Below are positions 1 through 9,013 of a DNA stretch of 64,000 bases, piece after piece. A program made the position numbers and the translations under genes. The notes beneath the pieces were generated by a model that saw only the letters and a program-made list of their open reading frames with translations, was not told the origin of the DNA and did not search any database. Position 1 is the first letter of the stretch, and each line of letters begins with the position of its first letter. Location: contig CAZNTG010000006.1 of assembly GCA_964575955.1 (NCBI GenBank), positions 544,001 through 608,000 of the forward strand. Reading direction: 5' to 3'. This DNA comes from an uncultured Thermoproteaceae archaeon (GTDB lineage Archaea; Thermoproteota; Thermoprotei; Thermoproteales; Thermocladiaceae).

Positions 1-5
1 CCTAT

Positions 6-878
6 ATGAAGAAGATAGCTATATATGGCAAGGGTGGTATTGGTAAATCTACAATATCTACAAACATTGCAGCTGCACTCGCAGAAATGGGTCTCAAGGT
101 GATGGTTGTAGGATGCGATCCTAAGACTGACTGCACCAGAAATCTCCATGGTGGTAAGATGATTAAACCACTACTTGAATATATGAGAGAGCTTGGTCTT
201 TCTGAAGTTGATGTTTCAGAAATTATCACAGGTAAACAGATAACTCTAGAAGGATTGATTGAGAATAATGTTATTGTTAGAGGTTATAGAGATGTTATAT
301 GTATAGAGGTTGGAGGCCCTGAACCAGGAATTGGATGTGCAGGTCGTGGAATAATACTTGGAATAGAAACATTGCAAAAAGTTGGAATATTCAACTACTT
401 CAAACCTGACATAACAATATTTGACGTTCCCGGAGATATTGTATGTGGAGGTCTTGCGATGCCATTAAGAAGAGGATTTGCAGATCAGGTTTACATAGTT
501 ACAAGTGCTGAATATCTACCACTACACGCAGCTAACAATCTACTCAAAGCTATTAAGAGATTTGCAAATAGAGGAGGTTCAAAACTTGGAGGTATAATAT
601 ACAATGCTCGTGGACATATTGATAGACCTGAAATTGTAGAAAAATTTGCAGAAATTACAGGAACATCAGTAATATATAAGATACCAAAACTTCCAGAAAT
701 TGTAGAGGCTGAAAGTAAGGCTAAGACAGTTATAGAGTATGCACCTGAAAGTTATGCAGCTAAAATTTTCAGAGAGCTAGCATATAAAATAGTGAACAAC
801 AATAGACAAGATATTCCAAGACCATTAAAAAGTGAGGAACTTCATAAACTATATGTACAATATGTTGAACAACTATGA
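6..878 (+). CDS. nifH: NifH-like nitrogenase iron protein (ATP-dependent reductase, group IV/Nfl-like)
   Basis: P-loop YGKGGIGKST, CDPKTD, GGPEPGIGCAGRG (Cys97 equivalent), DVPGDIVCGGLAMP (Cys132 equivalent); first gene of an overlapping three-gene operon. Confidence 0.95.
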   Translation: MKKIAIYGKGGIGKSTISTNIAAALAEMGLKVMVVGCDPKTDCTRNLHGGKMIKPLLEYMRELGLSEVDVSEIITGKQITLEGLIENNVIVRGYRDVICIEVGGPEPGIGCAGRGIILGIETLQKVGIFNYFKPDITIFDVPGDIVCGGLAMPLRRGFADQVYIVTSAEYLPLHAANNLLKAIKRFANRGGSKLGGIIYNARGHIDRPEIVEKFAEITGTSVIYKIPKLPEIVEAESKAKTVIEYAPESYAAKIFRELAYKIVNNNRQDIPRPLKSEELHKLYVQYVEQL

Positions 879-2320
879 AAATCATAAACATACCATACGT
901 ATCAGAAATTGCAAGTAAGATAACAGAAGCATTTCCATTTCACAATGCAGCATGTATAGATGGTAAAATACTTGGAGCATTATGGGCAATATACCAAATC
1001 CGTAATGTTTTACCTATAATTCATGGACCTATAGGATGTAGTTGGCAGAGAAAGTTTGCATTAATGGGTTCAGAAATACATTATTGGACTCCATGTACTG
1101 CATGGTCAGAAACTGAAGTTGTTTATGGTGGTGAGGAGAAACTTTACAAAGCTATAGTTGAAGCTTATGAAAAATTTAAACCAAAGATGATAGTTGTATT
1201 GACTACATGTGCATCAGACATGGTTGGTGATGATGTTGAATATGTTGTAGATAGAGCTAGAAAAGTTGTAAAATGTCCAATAGTATACTCAACAGGAGAT
1301 AAAGTTGGAAAAACTAGACAAGTAGGTTCACAAGACGTTCTATATAGCATAGTTGAACAATACGTAGTACCAAACTGTGAAAATGTAGAAATTGAAGATG
1401 GTACAGTGAACTTGATGACTATAGGTGGTGAGTATAGTAGAAGTATTGTTACAGAGCTAGAGGGAGTTTTAAAAGCTGCTGGATTGAGAGTAAACAAGAT
1501 ATATTTCGAAGATAGAGAAGTTGAAGAATTGTTAGAACTTGCTAAAGTTAGGGTTAACGTTGTACCATACTACCAAGTATGGGCTAGATATCTATCAGAT
1601 GTTAAAGGAGTTAGAGATTTTGTATTGATAAACTTTGAAGAGTACGATCTCGAAAAAGCATATCCATTAGGTTATGAAGCAGCAATAAATAAGATATTTG
1701 AAATATGTAAATTAGCTAATGTAGAACCTGACGAGAAATCTCTAGAAAGATTTTATAAACCAATGTTAGATAGATTTGAGAAAATTAAGCGTAGAGTTAG
1801 TGGATTGAAAGTATGTATTGAAAATGATTGGGGTACATGTATGTTATTTGCACTTAAACTTGGATTAAAGATTGAAGCATTAGTATTTTGGACAGAGCAG
1901 TATAGAGGTCATGGATATAGTGAATCTAGTATAAAAATGATGATTGATGGATATGTACAATACTTGAGACAGTATGGTCAAGATCCTGAAGTTATAGTAG
2001 ATGAGAAATTTGAAAATGTTATAGATAAAATTAAGAGGAGAAATATTGATCTAGTAATTACAGGATGGTGGAGCAAACCATTTAAATATCATAAAAATGG
2101 TGTAGTTGCAATATCTTCAAGAAATCTAAAACTATTCTTTGAATTTGGCCTAACACCACTCATAAATGCTGGAGAAGTTTTAATAAAGAAGATAGAGAAA
2201 GGAATACCAACAAATCCTGTAGTAGATATTGAAATTAATGAGAAACTTCCATATCTATCAAAAAGATGGGGTGAGCTAACACTACTATTTCACTTGAATA
2301 GATATGAAAAACCTGAGTGA
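875..2320 (+). CDS. Nitrogenase component-1-like oxidoreductase, alpha (NifD/E-like) subunit
   Basis: AAC, IHGPIGC, EVVYGGEEKL, LTTCASDMVGDD motifs; ATGA overlap with nifH stop. Confidence 0.9.
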   Translation: MKIINIPYVSEIASKITEAFPFHNAACIDGKILGALWAIYQIRNVLPIIHGPIGCSWQRKFALMGSEIHYWTPCTAWSETEVVYGGEEKLYKAIVEAYEKFKPKMIVVLTTCASDMVGDDVEYVVDRARKVVKCPIVYSTGDKVGKTRQVGSQDVLYSIVEQYVVPNCENVEIEDGTVNLMTIGGEYSRSIVTELEGVLKAAGLRVNKIYFEDREVEELLELAKVRVNVVPYYQVWARYLSDVKGVRDFVLINFEEYDLEKAYPLGYEAAINKIFEICKLANVEPDEKSLERFYKPMLDRFEKIKRRVSGLKVCIENDWGTCMLFALKLGLKIEALVFWTEQYRGHGYSESSIKMMIDGYVQYLRQYGQDPEVIVDEKFENVIDKIKRRNIDLVITGWWSKPFKYHKNGVVAISSRNLKLFFEFGLTPLINAGEVLIKKIEKGIPTNPVVDIEINEKLPYLSKRWGELTLLFHLNRYEKPE

Positions 2321-3638
2321 GAATATGAATCTTATAGATCCAGTTCATGATTGTAGACTTGTTGGTGTTGTTCGTGCTGTGACTGGTATTCATGATTGTG
2401 CATTGATAATTCATGGAAGACCTGGATGCCATAGCGGACCTCTAGGACTTCAATCACAAACTTCAAGTCAAAGATATGTAAATGTTGTATATAGTGGACT
2501 TAGAAGTGAAGAGATGGTTACAGGAGGTGAAAAGAGGTTAAAGTTAGCTATTGAAAATGTGTATAAAGTTATGAAACCCAAACTCATAGTTGTTGCATCA
2601 GCATCTGCTGCAGGTATTATGGGTGATGATGTTGATGGAGTTATAGGCGAAATATCTAGTAGTGTAAAATGTAGAATAGTTCACATATCTGCATGTGGAT
2701 ATTCAGGTCCTGAATGGACGGGATATGAAGATGCGCTAGTGAAAATAGTTGAAACAGTTTTGGAAGAGTATAAATCTAGACAAAGTTTTGAGAAGACTAA
2801 GAATAGAATATCAATAGTCGGCTTCCATCCTGATGAACCATTCTGGAGAGGTGATCTACAGGAACTTATAAATATACTTAAAGAAATACTCAATGTAGAT
2901 ATTAGTGTAGTCTTAAATTGGTGTTCTATAGAAGAAATATCAAATATAGTAAATAGCGATCTTGTAGTAGTTCTTGGTGGTGATGGTTTGAGTGTTGCAG
3001 ATTATTTAAAGAAAAATTTCAACATAGAATACATAGTAACACCATACCCAATAGGAATTAAGAATACTATAGACATGATATATAGTATAAGCTCTAAACT
3101 AGGTATTGATATTAATACAAAGAAGTTAGAAGCTTATGAAAAATATGTTAGAGACATTATAGAAGATTTTCAAACATATGTTGAAGGTATTTACGGAAAT
3201 GTTAGGTGTGTCATAGTTGGTGAAAGCTCTAGAGCATTTAGTTTAGCAAATTTCTTACTAAATGAGTTAGATTTCGATATTGAATATATCGGTATTAGAA
3301 GTAGAAACTATGTAACAGATAGTGAATTGTTAAAATGGAAGAATTCAGAAATTCTAAATGATAGATATGAACTTTATAAAAAGATCTTGGAAATATCTCC
3401 AGAGGTAGTATATGGTTCAACATTTGAGAGAGATATAGCATTGAGATGTGGATGTGCACTAGTTAGATATTGCTACCCAACTCTAGATAGAGTATACATG
3501 AGTGATAGAACTATAGTTGGATTTAGAGGAGCAATAACATTAATAGAAGAAACTATAAATGAGATGTTAAATATGCAAGAAAAGACAGAACTTGCATATC
3601 TATCAAAGATGAATGATACAAAACTACTTGAGAGATGA
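2304..3638 (+). CDS. Nitrogenase component-1-like oxidoreductase, beta (NifK/N-like) subunit
   Basis: DPVHDCRLVG, IHGRPGC, MVTGGEKRL, IMGDDV, C-terminal YPTLDR...VGFRGA typical of NifK/N-type chains. Confidence 0.9.
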   Translation: MKNLSENMNLIDPVHDCRLVGVVRAVTGIHDCALIIHGRPGCHSGPLGLQSQTSSQRYVNVVYSGLRSEEMVTGGEKRLKLAIENVYKVMKPKLIVVASASAAGIMGDDVDGVIGEISSSVKCRIVHISACGYSGPEWTGYEDALVKIVETVLEEYKSRQSFEKTKNRISIVGFHPDEPFWRGDLQELINILKEILNVDISVVLNWCSIEEISNIVNSDLVVVLGGDGLSVADYLKKNFNIEYIVTPYPIGIKNTIDMIYSISSKLGIDINTKKLEAYEKYVRDIIEDFQTYVEGIYGNVRCVIVGESSRAFSLANFLLNELDFDIEYIGIRSRNYVTDSELLKWKNSEILNDRYELYKKILEISPEVVYGSTFERDIALRCGCALVRYCYPTLDRVYMSDRTIVGFRGAITLIEETINEMLNMQEKTELAYLSKMNDTKLLER

Positions 3639-3684
3639 TGTAAAATCCGGTTCGCTGATATATGACGAAAAGGCCCGTATCTGA
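3635..3684 (+). ncRNA. box C/D sRNA
   Basis: ATGATGT (C, overlaps the stop codon of the beta gene), guide, CTGA (D'), ATGACGA (C'), 12-nt guide, CTGA (D). Confidence 0.8.
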
Positions 3685-4026
3685 CTAAAATTCTACCTCT
3701 ATACTCACTAATGTATATAGTCCAAATCTTATGAGTGTGTTTTTCATCAATGTTATCTCACTAATTCTGTAGGGTATGCCATTTTCTATTATGTATGTAC
3801 CATTTTTACTTCCAAGATCTTTCAATACTATGTTACTACCTTCCTGAAATATAGATGCGTGTTTTCTAGATACTGATGGGTCTGGTATTATTATTGTATT
3901 TTCTGGACTTCTACCTATAGTTATTTCTCTAAATGATTGTATATGTATATAGAGTTCGTATCCACATAGTTTTTGTAGGGTTGTTTCTATAAACTTAATT
4001 TTGAGTAGTGGTTTTGGTATATGCAT
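3685..4026 (-). CDS. FHA-domain protein
   Basis: ITIGR...D.SVSRKHA...LKDLGSKNGTY FHA signature. Confidence 0.9.
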   Translation of the reverse strand: MHIPKPLLKIKFIETTLQKLCGYELYIHIQSFREITIGRSPENTIIIPDPSVSRKHASIFQEGSNIVLKDLGSKNGTYIIENGIPYRISEITLMKNTLIRFGLYTLVSIEVEF

Positions 4027-4043
4027 ACTTAATCTTGATTATT

Positions 4044-6059
4044 CTATGTTGGTGTTGTTATTTGTCTTCTACGTCTTCTAGCTCTTGCTATAGCTATGGC
4101 TATTATTGCTATTATTGCAAATATTACACATATTATCTCAGGTAGGTGTTTATACATTATTGTTGTCATTGTTTCACCAATCTTTATATTTAGAGTTATC
4201 GATTTTACTAGTGTTGGTATGCTGTTAAGTCCATAGATTATGAATGGTTTTGGTGAGTATAATAACATCAATGTTGCATGATATATACCTACAGGTGTTG
4301 AACTATCTATCTCTAACAGATATGTCAATACTATAGTATCTCCTGGTCTTACCTCTCCAACATATATTTGATTTGCTGTCATTGCAGCTAGTGGATTGTT
4401 TTGTGGTACATGAAATGTCAATACTTTAGGTATTGATAATATTGCTTTAACATTTTCAAGAGTTGGCCCTCTAACATACTTTAGATATATTCTAAGTATT
4501 GCTCTACTAGATCCAGGGTAAAATCCTATCTCTTCAATTTTAACAACCTTGAACTCCGGTTTTGGAATTACTTTGAAAGTTACATAATAATCTTCATCAA
4601 CATCACAGTAATGTACGTTAATCTTCAAAATATATGTTCTAGGTGTAACATTATCAGGTACATTAAACATGAACTGTATTGGTATTGGCTTTCCAGGTGG
4701 TACTGCTGGTAATGTTATACTAGTCATATTTGGTGTATATGTTGAAAATTCTCTAGGCAATACTAGTCTAATAGTTACATTTTTTGCAATAACACTTCCA
4801 ACATTTACAATACTTACATTAAGTCTAATACCATTCATTCCGGGTGTTGCTATTGGTGGCATTGGTATTGCATATGCTACTCTAATCTTTGGTGAATATA
4901 TTACAATCTTCACAGTATGGACTTCTCTAACATGATCATACATGAATATAACCTGTATTGGATACTTACCTCCAGATATGTTCTGCAATGTCGATACTAT
5001 AAACGTTACCGGTATCTCTCTACCAGCAGTTACAACACCAATATTCTTACATAGAAGACCTGAACCTTTAAGTGGCTTTTCAAGTCTTATACATACGGTT
5101 AAGTTATCTATAGCTGATGTTGGTATAAACATTACTGTTAGAGGAATTTTACTATATCCAGGACCTACAGAAAATACCTTTCCTGGAAATCCCCAATATG
5201 CTGTGACAGCACTAAACTTAACCTCAGGAATACATAATCTAAATGATGTATTTAAAGTCCATGTAACACCAATACCATACTTAACAAATAGTTTTTCAGA
5301 ATAACAACCACCAGTAACATTATTGTAGAGATTTACTAGGTATGTTAATGTTATTGGTTTTCCTGGAGGTAATGCAGGTAGTGTAATGTTTAGATATTTA
5401 ACAATCTTCCCATTCTTAGTTGCATAGATTGGATATGATAATTTTAGTTGTATTGTCACATTTTCTAGAATTGATGTACCACTATTCATAACTATGATTG
5501 TTAATGGTATATTCTTCATTCCCGGTCCAACAATTTGATAGTTTTTATATCCGAGATATGCACCTAGAACCTGTATTCCTGAAGTTCCTATTATTGGAAG
5601 CTTTTGTGTATATTCTAAATGTTCATGTGTACAGTATTGACCTCTTTGAGTAACTATGCATATGTAGTAGTATGTTTCAATTTTGAAATCTTTAAATCCT
5701 GTAGATACTGTTGGAGGAATTCTCAAGTAGAATATACATGTACTATTCATTCCTGGAGCCATATATGGTATTTTACATATCTGTACACCACTAAACCACT
5801 CAATATTATCTGGAAGTTCTAACCATACTCTAACATCTTTGAAATAGAATTTTACACCTGATATGTTAGGTATGACTATTCCTACCTTGAGAATTGCAAG
5901 ACTTGTTCCTGGGCTTGGAACTTTAGGTTCTAGCCAATATGCGTAGACTATTGGAGTTATCTCACTCGTACTAACTGTCTGACAATGTACAACTTCAAGC
6001 CCTACCACTGATATTATCAGTGTAAGTGTTATAAGCAATATCTTGACTACTCTACTCAT
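4044..6059 (-). CDS. S-layer-like/COG1361 surface protein with repeated Ig-like (CARDB/NEW3-type) modules
   Basis: N-terminal signal peptide, repeated N.G...A.NV...LPPG modules, C-terminal TM helix followed by poly-Arg. Confidence 0.75.
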   Translation of the reverse strand: MSRVVKILLITLTLIISVVGLEVVHCQTVSTSEITPIVYAYWLEPKVPSPGTSLAILKVGIVIPNISGVKFYFKDVRVWLELPDNIEWFSGVQICKIPYMAPGMNSTCIFYLRIPPTVSTGFKDFKIETYYYICIVTQRGQYCTHEHLEYTQKLPIIGTSGIQVLGAYLGYKNYQIVGPGMKNIPLTIIVMNSGTSILENVTIQLKLSYPIYATKNGKIVKYLNITLPALPPGKPITLTYLVNLYNNVTGGCYSEKLFVKYGIGVTWTLNTSFRLCIPEVKFSAVTAYWGFPGKVFSVGPGYSKIPLTVMFIPTSAIDNLTVCIRLEKPLKGSGLLCKNIGVVTAGREIPVTFIVSTLQNISGGKYPIQVIFMYDHVREVHTVKIVIYSPKIRVAYAIPMPPIATPGMNGIRLNVSIVNVGSVIAKNVTIRLVLPREFSTYTPNMTSITLPAVPPGKPIPIQFMFNVPDNVTPRTYILKINVHYCDVDEDYYVTFKVIPKPEFKVVKIEEIGFYPGSSRAILRIYLKYVRGPTLENVKAILSIPKVLTFHVPQNNPLAAMTANQIYVGEVRPGDTIVLTYLLEIDSSTPVGIYHATLMLLYSPKPFIIYGLNSIPTLVKSITLNIKIGETMTTIMYKHLPEIICVIFAIIAIIAIAIARARRRRRQITTPT

Positions 6060-6102
6060 ACAGCTTACGTTAGCATTTCCATATTATAAACATTACTTGT
6101 TA

Positions 6103-6137
6103 GACATGTACTACATGTCCTATACGTACTACATATA
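6103..6137. promoter_or_regulatory. Tandem palindromic operator in a divergent promoter
   Basis: Perfect GACATGTA-C-TACATGTC (6103-6119) followed by a degenerate copy TATACGTA-C-TACATATA (6121-6137). Confidence 0.5.
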
Positions 6138-6157
6138 TACCTCTACACTGTACTGTA

Positions 6158-7591
6158 GTGAAGATGAGTAAAATTAAGGTAACTAGAGGCTACATGATCA
6201 GGATTACCATAGTCCTATCATTGTTAGCTATGTTAGCTATGTATACTGAAACTATGATTCTTCCAGCATTTCCAAGATTGATGCATGAATTTCATGTTAG
6301 AGAATCAGACATAGCTTGGATACTTACAGCATATCTACTCAGTGGTGTAGCATCTACGCCACTAATGGGAAAATTTAGCGATATTTATGGTAGAAAGAAG
6401 ATTCTACTGATAGTATTGACAATATACGCTATTGGACTTACAGCATGTGGATTATCACACTCATTTCCATCACTAATACTCTCAAGAGCTATCCAAGGCT
6501 TTGGAATGGCAATGTTTCCAATAGCGTTTAGCATTGTTAGAGAACAACTTCCAATGGAGATGGTTCCATTAGCACAAGGTATGATTAGTGCTATGTTTGG
6601 TATTGGTGCAATTATTGGTCTTGTGATAGGTTCACATATAATTCAGTGGTACGGTTGGAGAACACTATTTCACACAGCTGCAATACTTGCATGGACTTTA
6701 ATACCTGTAGAACACTTTCTCATAGAGGAGAAGTATAGACCTCCAATAAAGGCTAAAGTTGACTATGTAGGAATAATGTTGATATCTGTAGGAACAACAT
6801 TACTATGCTACGCTTTTGAATCAGCAGCACATTATGGATGGACTAGCAGTTCTGTAATTGCATCAATAATTTCAGGATTAATATGCTATATAGCATTCAT
6901 AGAGTGGGAAAGATATACACCAGAACCTGTAGTACCACTATCAAGACTTAGAGAAATAAACGTTCTAGTTAGTAATCTTGCAGGTGCTGTTGCTGGACTT
7001 GGAATGTTCATGTTCTTTCAAGTATTTGTAATATATCTACAACTACCAAAACCTGCTGGTCTAGGCTTAACAATAGTAGAGACAGGGTACTACATGACAT
7101 TACCATCACTAGTCATGTTACTGACATCAGGAATGGTCGGCAGGATAATTCCAAAGATTGGTGTTAAAAAATCACTACTAATATCAGCAATATACTTATC
7201 AATTGCAGGTGCAATATTTCAACTAGTAAATCTATCAAGTCTATGGCAAGTAATTGCTGCATCATGTATTGTCATGTCAGCTATTGGAGCTCTACTAGTA
7301 AGTTTGATAAACCTACTAGTACTATCAGTACCTGTAGAAGAAGTTGGATTATTAACAGGAATAAACATGATTCTCAGATATGTAGGTGGTTCATTAGGAA
7401 CAGCACTTGGAGGATATCTTCAATCAACAATAACAACAACAGTACTATTCTACATGTTTGGAAAATTCATACCTATAACATTTGCATCACCAACAGTCGT
7501 TAAAATATCTATGCTAGTAGTAACAGGACTTGGAATACTAATATTCCTACTCTGCATTAAAGCAAAAGAGATATTTCAAAGAAGAGTTTGA
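6158..7591 (+). CDS. MFS transporter (DHA2/EmrB-like, about 14 TM)
   Basis: GKFSDIYGRK motif A, SRAIQGFG, many hydrophobic helices. Confidence 0.9.
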   Translation: MKMSKIKVTRGYMIRITIVLSLLAMLAMYTETMILPAFPRLMHEFHVRESDIAWILTAYLLSGVASTPLMGKFSDIYGRKKILLIVLTIYAIGLTACGLSHSFPSLILSRAIQGFGMAMFPIAFSIVREQLPMEMVPLAQGMISAMFGIGAIIGLVIGSHIIQWYGWRTLFHTAAILAWTLIPVEHFLIEEKYRPPIKAKVDYVGIMLISVGTTLLCYAFESAAHYGWTSSSVIASIISGLICYIAFIEWERYTPEPVVPLSRLREINVLVSNLAGAVAGLGMFMFFQVFVIYLQLPKPAGLGLTIVETGYYMTLPSLVMLLTSGMVGRIIPKIGVKKSLLISAIYLSIAGAIFQLVNLSSLWQVIAASCIVMSAIGALLVSLINLLVLSVPVEEVGLLTGINMILRYVGGSLGTALGGYLQSTITTTVLFYMFGKFIPITFASPTVVKISMLVVTGLGILIFLLCIKAKEIFQRRV

Positions 7592-8115
7592 ATTCTAGAT
7601 TTTACAGAATTTAAAATATTTATACAAAAACCATAGCCATAATCTCTAATACAGTCACAATATAGTTGTAGTCTAGTAATTATATCAGTAAGTATAGAAA
7701 TTTCAACATCTTTAACAACATCTGAAGAACTTCTCAAAGAATTCTTAATAACATTCTCAATATAGATATTAAATACATCATTTAGAAGATTACATATTTT
7801 ATCAACATTCTCTAAAATAAACCTTAACATTCTTAAAATATCTTCACTAATCTTAAAACATCTCTTAACATTAACATACATAAGGTAGTGATGTAGTGAT
7901 GTACATATATCTTTATTACGAATATCTCTTAAATATTTCTCAAACTCTTCACAAGAATTAATCATTCTAACTATGAAACTCCTTAAATCTCCATGACATT
8001 TATCTAAACATTTTATAAATGATTCATATAGATTTAAACCATTCTCAACACCATCTTCAACACATCTACAAAACTCTTCCTCATTTACAATATCCATACT
8101 AGATTTATAATTCAC
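7576..8115 (-). CDS. hypothetical protein
   Basis: 179-aa ORF filling the gap between genes, codon usage like neighbours; no recognised motif. Confidence 0.6.
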   Translation of the reverse strand: MNYKSSMDIVNEEEFCRCVEDGVENGLNLYESFIKCLDKCHGDLRSFIVRMINSCEEFEKYLRDIRNKDICTSLHHYLMYVNVKRCFKISEDILRMLRFILENVDKICNLLNDVFNIYIENVIKNSLRSSSDVVKDVEISILTDIITRLQLYCDCIRDYGYGFCINILNSVKSRIQTLL

Positions 8116-8130
8116 AGTTTTTAGTTAAAT

Positions 8131-8646
8131 TTGATATCTATGACTTATGAAGAGTTGAAGTATAGGATATGTAGAGAGTGTGGTGCTAGATGTTGTAAAA
8201 GATTTGATTACAAAAATTGGTTTGTAACACTATCATTGAGAGATATAGTTAGAATATCTGAAGGATTAGGTAAGGATTTAGAATATGTATTAAATAACTA
8301 TATAGAAATAATAAGAATCGGTAGTAGCATAATCTTAACATTGAAAGTTATTAATAGAGTATGCATATTTCTGAGAGAAGATAGATGTACAATTCAGAAG
8401 TTTAAACCAATAGCGTGTAGAGTATATCCAGTATACATACCTGGAATGTACATAGATCCACAATGTCCACTATCGAAATATCCAGAGCTACTCAAAGATG
8501 AAGAAATGTACGTATATCAATACGTTAAAGAACATTTAGAAACTCAGAAAATATTAGAAGAATATTCACCAAAAAGTATTAGAGATATAGCATGGATAAT
8601 TAGAGAAACCCTTAAAGACCTAGATAAAAACATAGAAACTAGCTAG
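8131..8646 (+). CDS. YkgJ/FliB-family cysteine-cluster protein
   Basis: CRECGARCC...CIFL...CTIQ..KPIACRVYP. Confidence 0.85.
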   Translation: MISMTYEELKYRICRECGARCCKRFDYKNWFVTLSLRDIVRISEGLGKDLEYVLNNYIEIIRIGSSIILTLKVINRVCIFLREDRCTIQKFKPIACRVYPVYIPGMYIDPQCPLSKYPELLKDEEMYVYQYVKEHLETQKILEEYSPKSIRDIAWIIRETLKDLDKNIETS

Positions 8647-8735
8647 CCGGGGTGGCCGAGCCAGGCCCAAGGCGCGGGACTGGAGATCCCGTCCCCGTAC
8701 AGGGGGCGTGGGTTCAAATCCCACCCCCGGCGCCA
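8646..8735 (+). tRNA. tRNA-Ser(GGA), CCA encoded
   Basis: GCCGGGG/CCCCGGC acceptor stem, CGGGA-CTGGAGA-TCCCG anticodon arm, long variable arm, GGTTCAAATCC T-arm. Confidence 0.97.
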
Positions 8736-8882
8736 ACATTCTTCAGGATTTTAAACAGTTTAACATGCTAAGATTCATGTTGGAGAATAGGATTATTGTT
8801 AAACACTTAGGTTCAATTTCTCGCAATTATGTAGAGGTTTTCTTTTATGAAGTTTTTTAAGGTATGTAAAATGTAGATGTTT

Positions 8883-8944
8883 GGGGCGGGACCTCGACTG
8901 GTCCGGTTGGACCTGGATGAGAAGGTCCTCCCTGCTGGGGCGTC
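8883..8944 (+). ncRNA. GC-rich K-turn hairpin RNA (possible H/ACA-like sRNA)
   Basis: GGACCT-CGA...GGTCC/GGACC...ATGAGA-AGGTCC stem with opposed GA/GA; GC island in AT-rich intergenic DNA. Confidence 0.5.
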
Positions 8945-8958
8945 TATGTTCTATTTTT

Positions 8959-9010
8959 ATGATGAGTCCAGCCCACTGATGATTTGATGATTTGGTTACG
9001 CCTATGCTGA
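8959..9010 (+). ncRNA. box C/D sRNA
   Basis: ATGATGA, guide, CTGA/ATGA (D'), TTGATGA (C'), guide, CTGA. Confidence 0.8.
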
Positions 9011-9013
9011 TTT

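Noticed and set aside
8736-8880. Integrated element or att site at tRNA-Ser (or at the other tRNAs)
   Set aside because: No integrase and no duplicated tRNA 3' end was found in the window.
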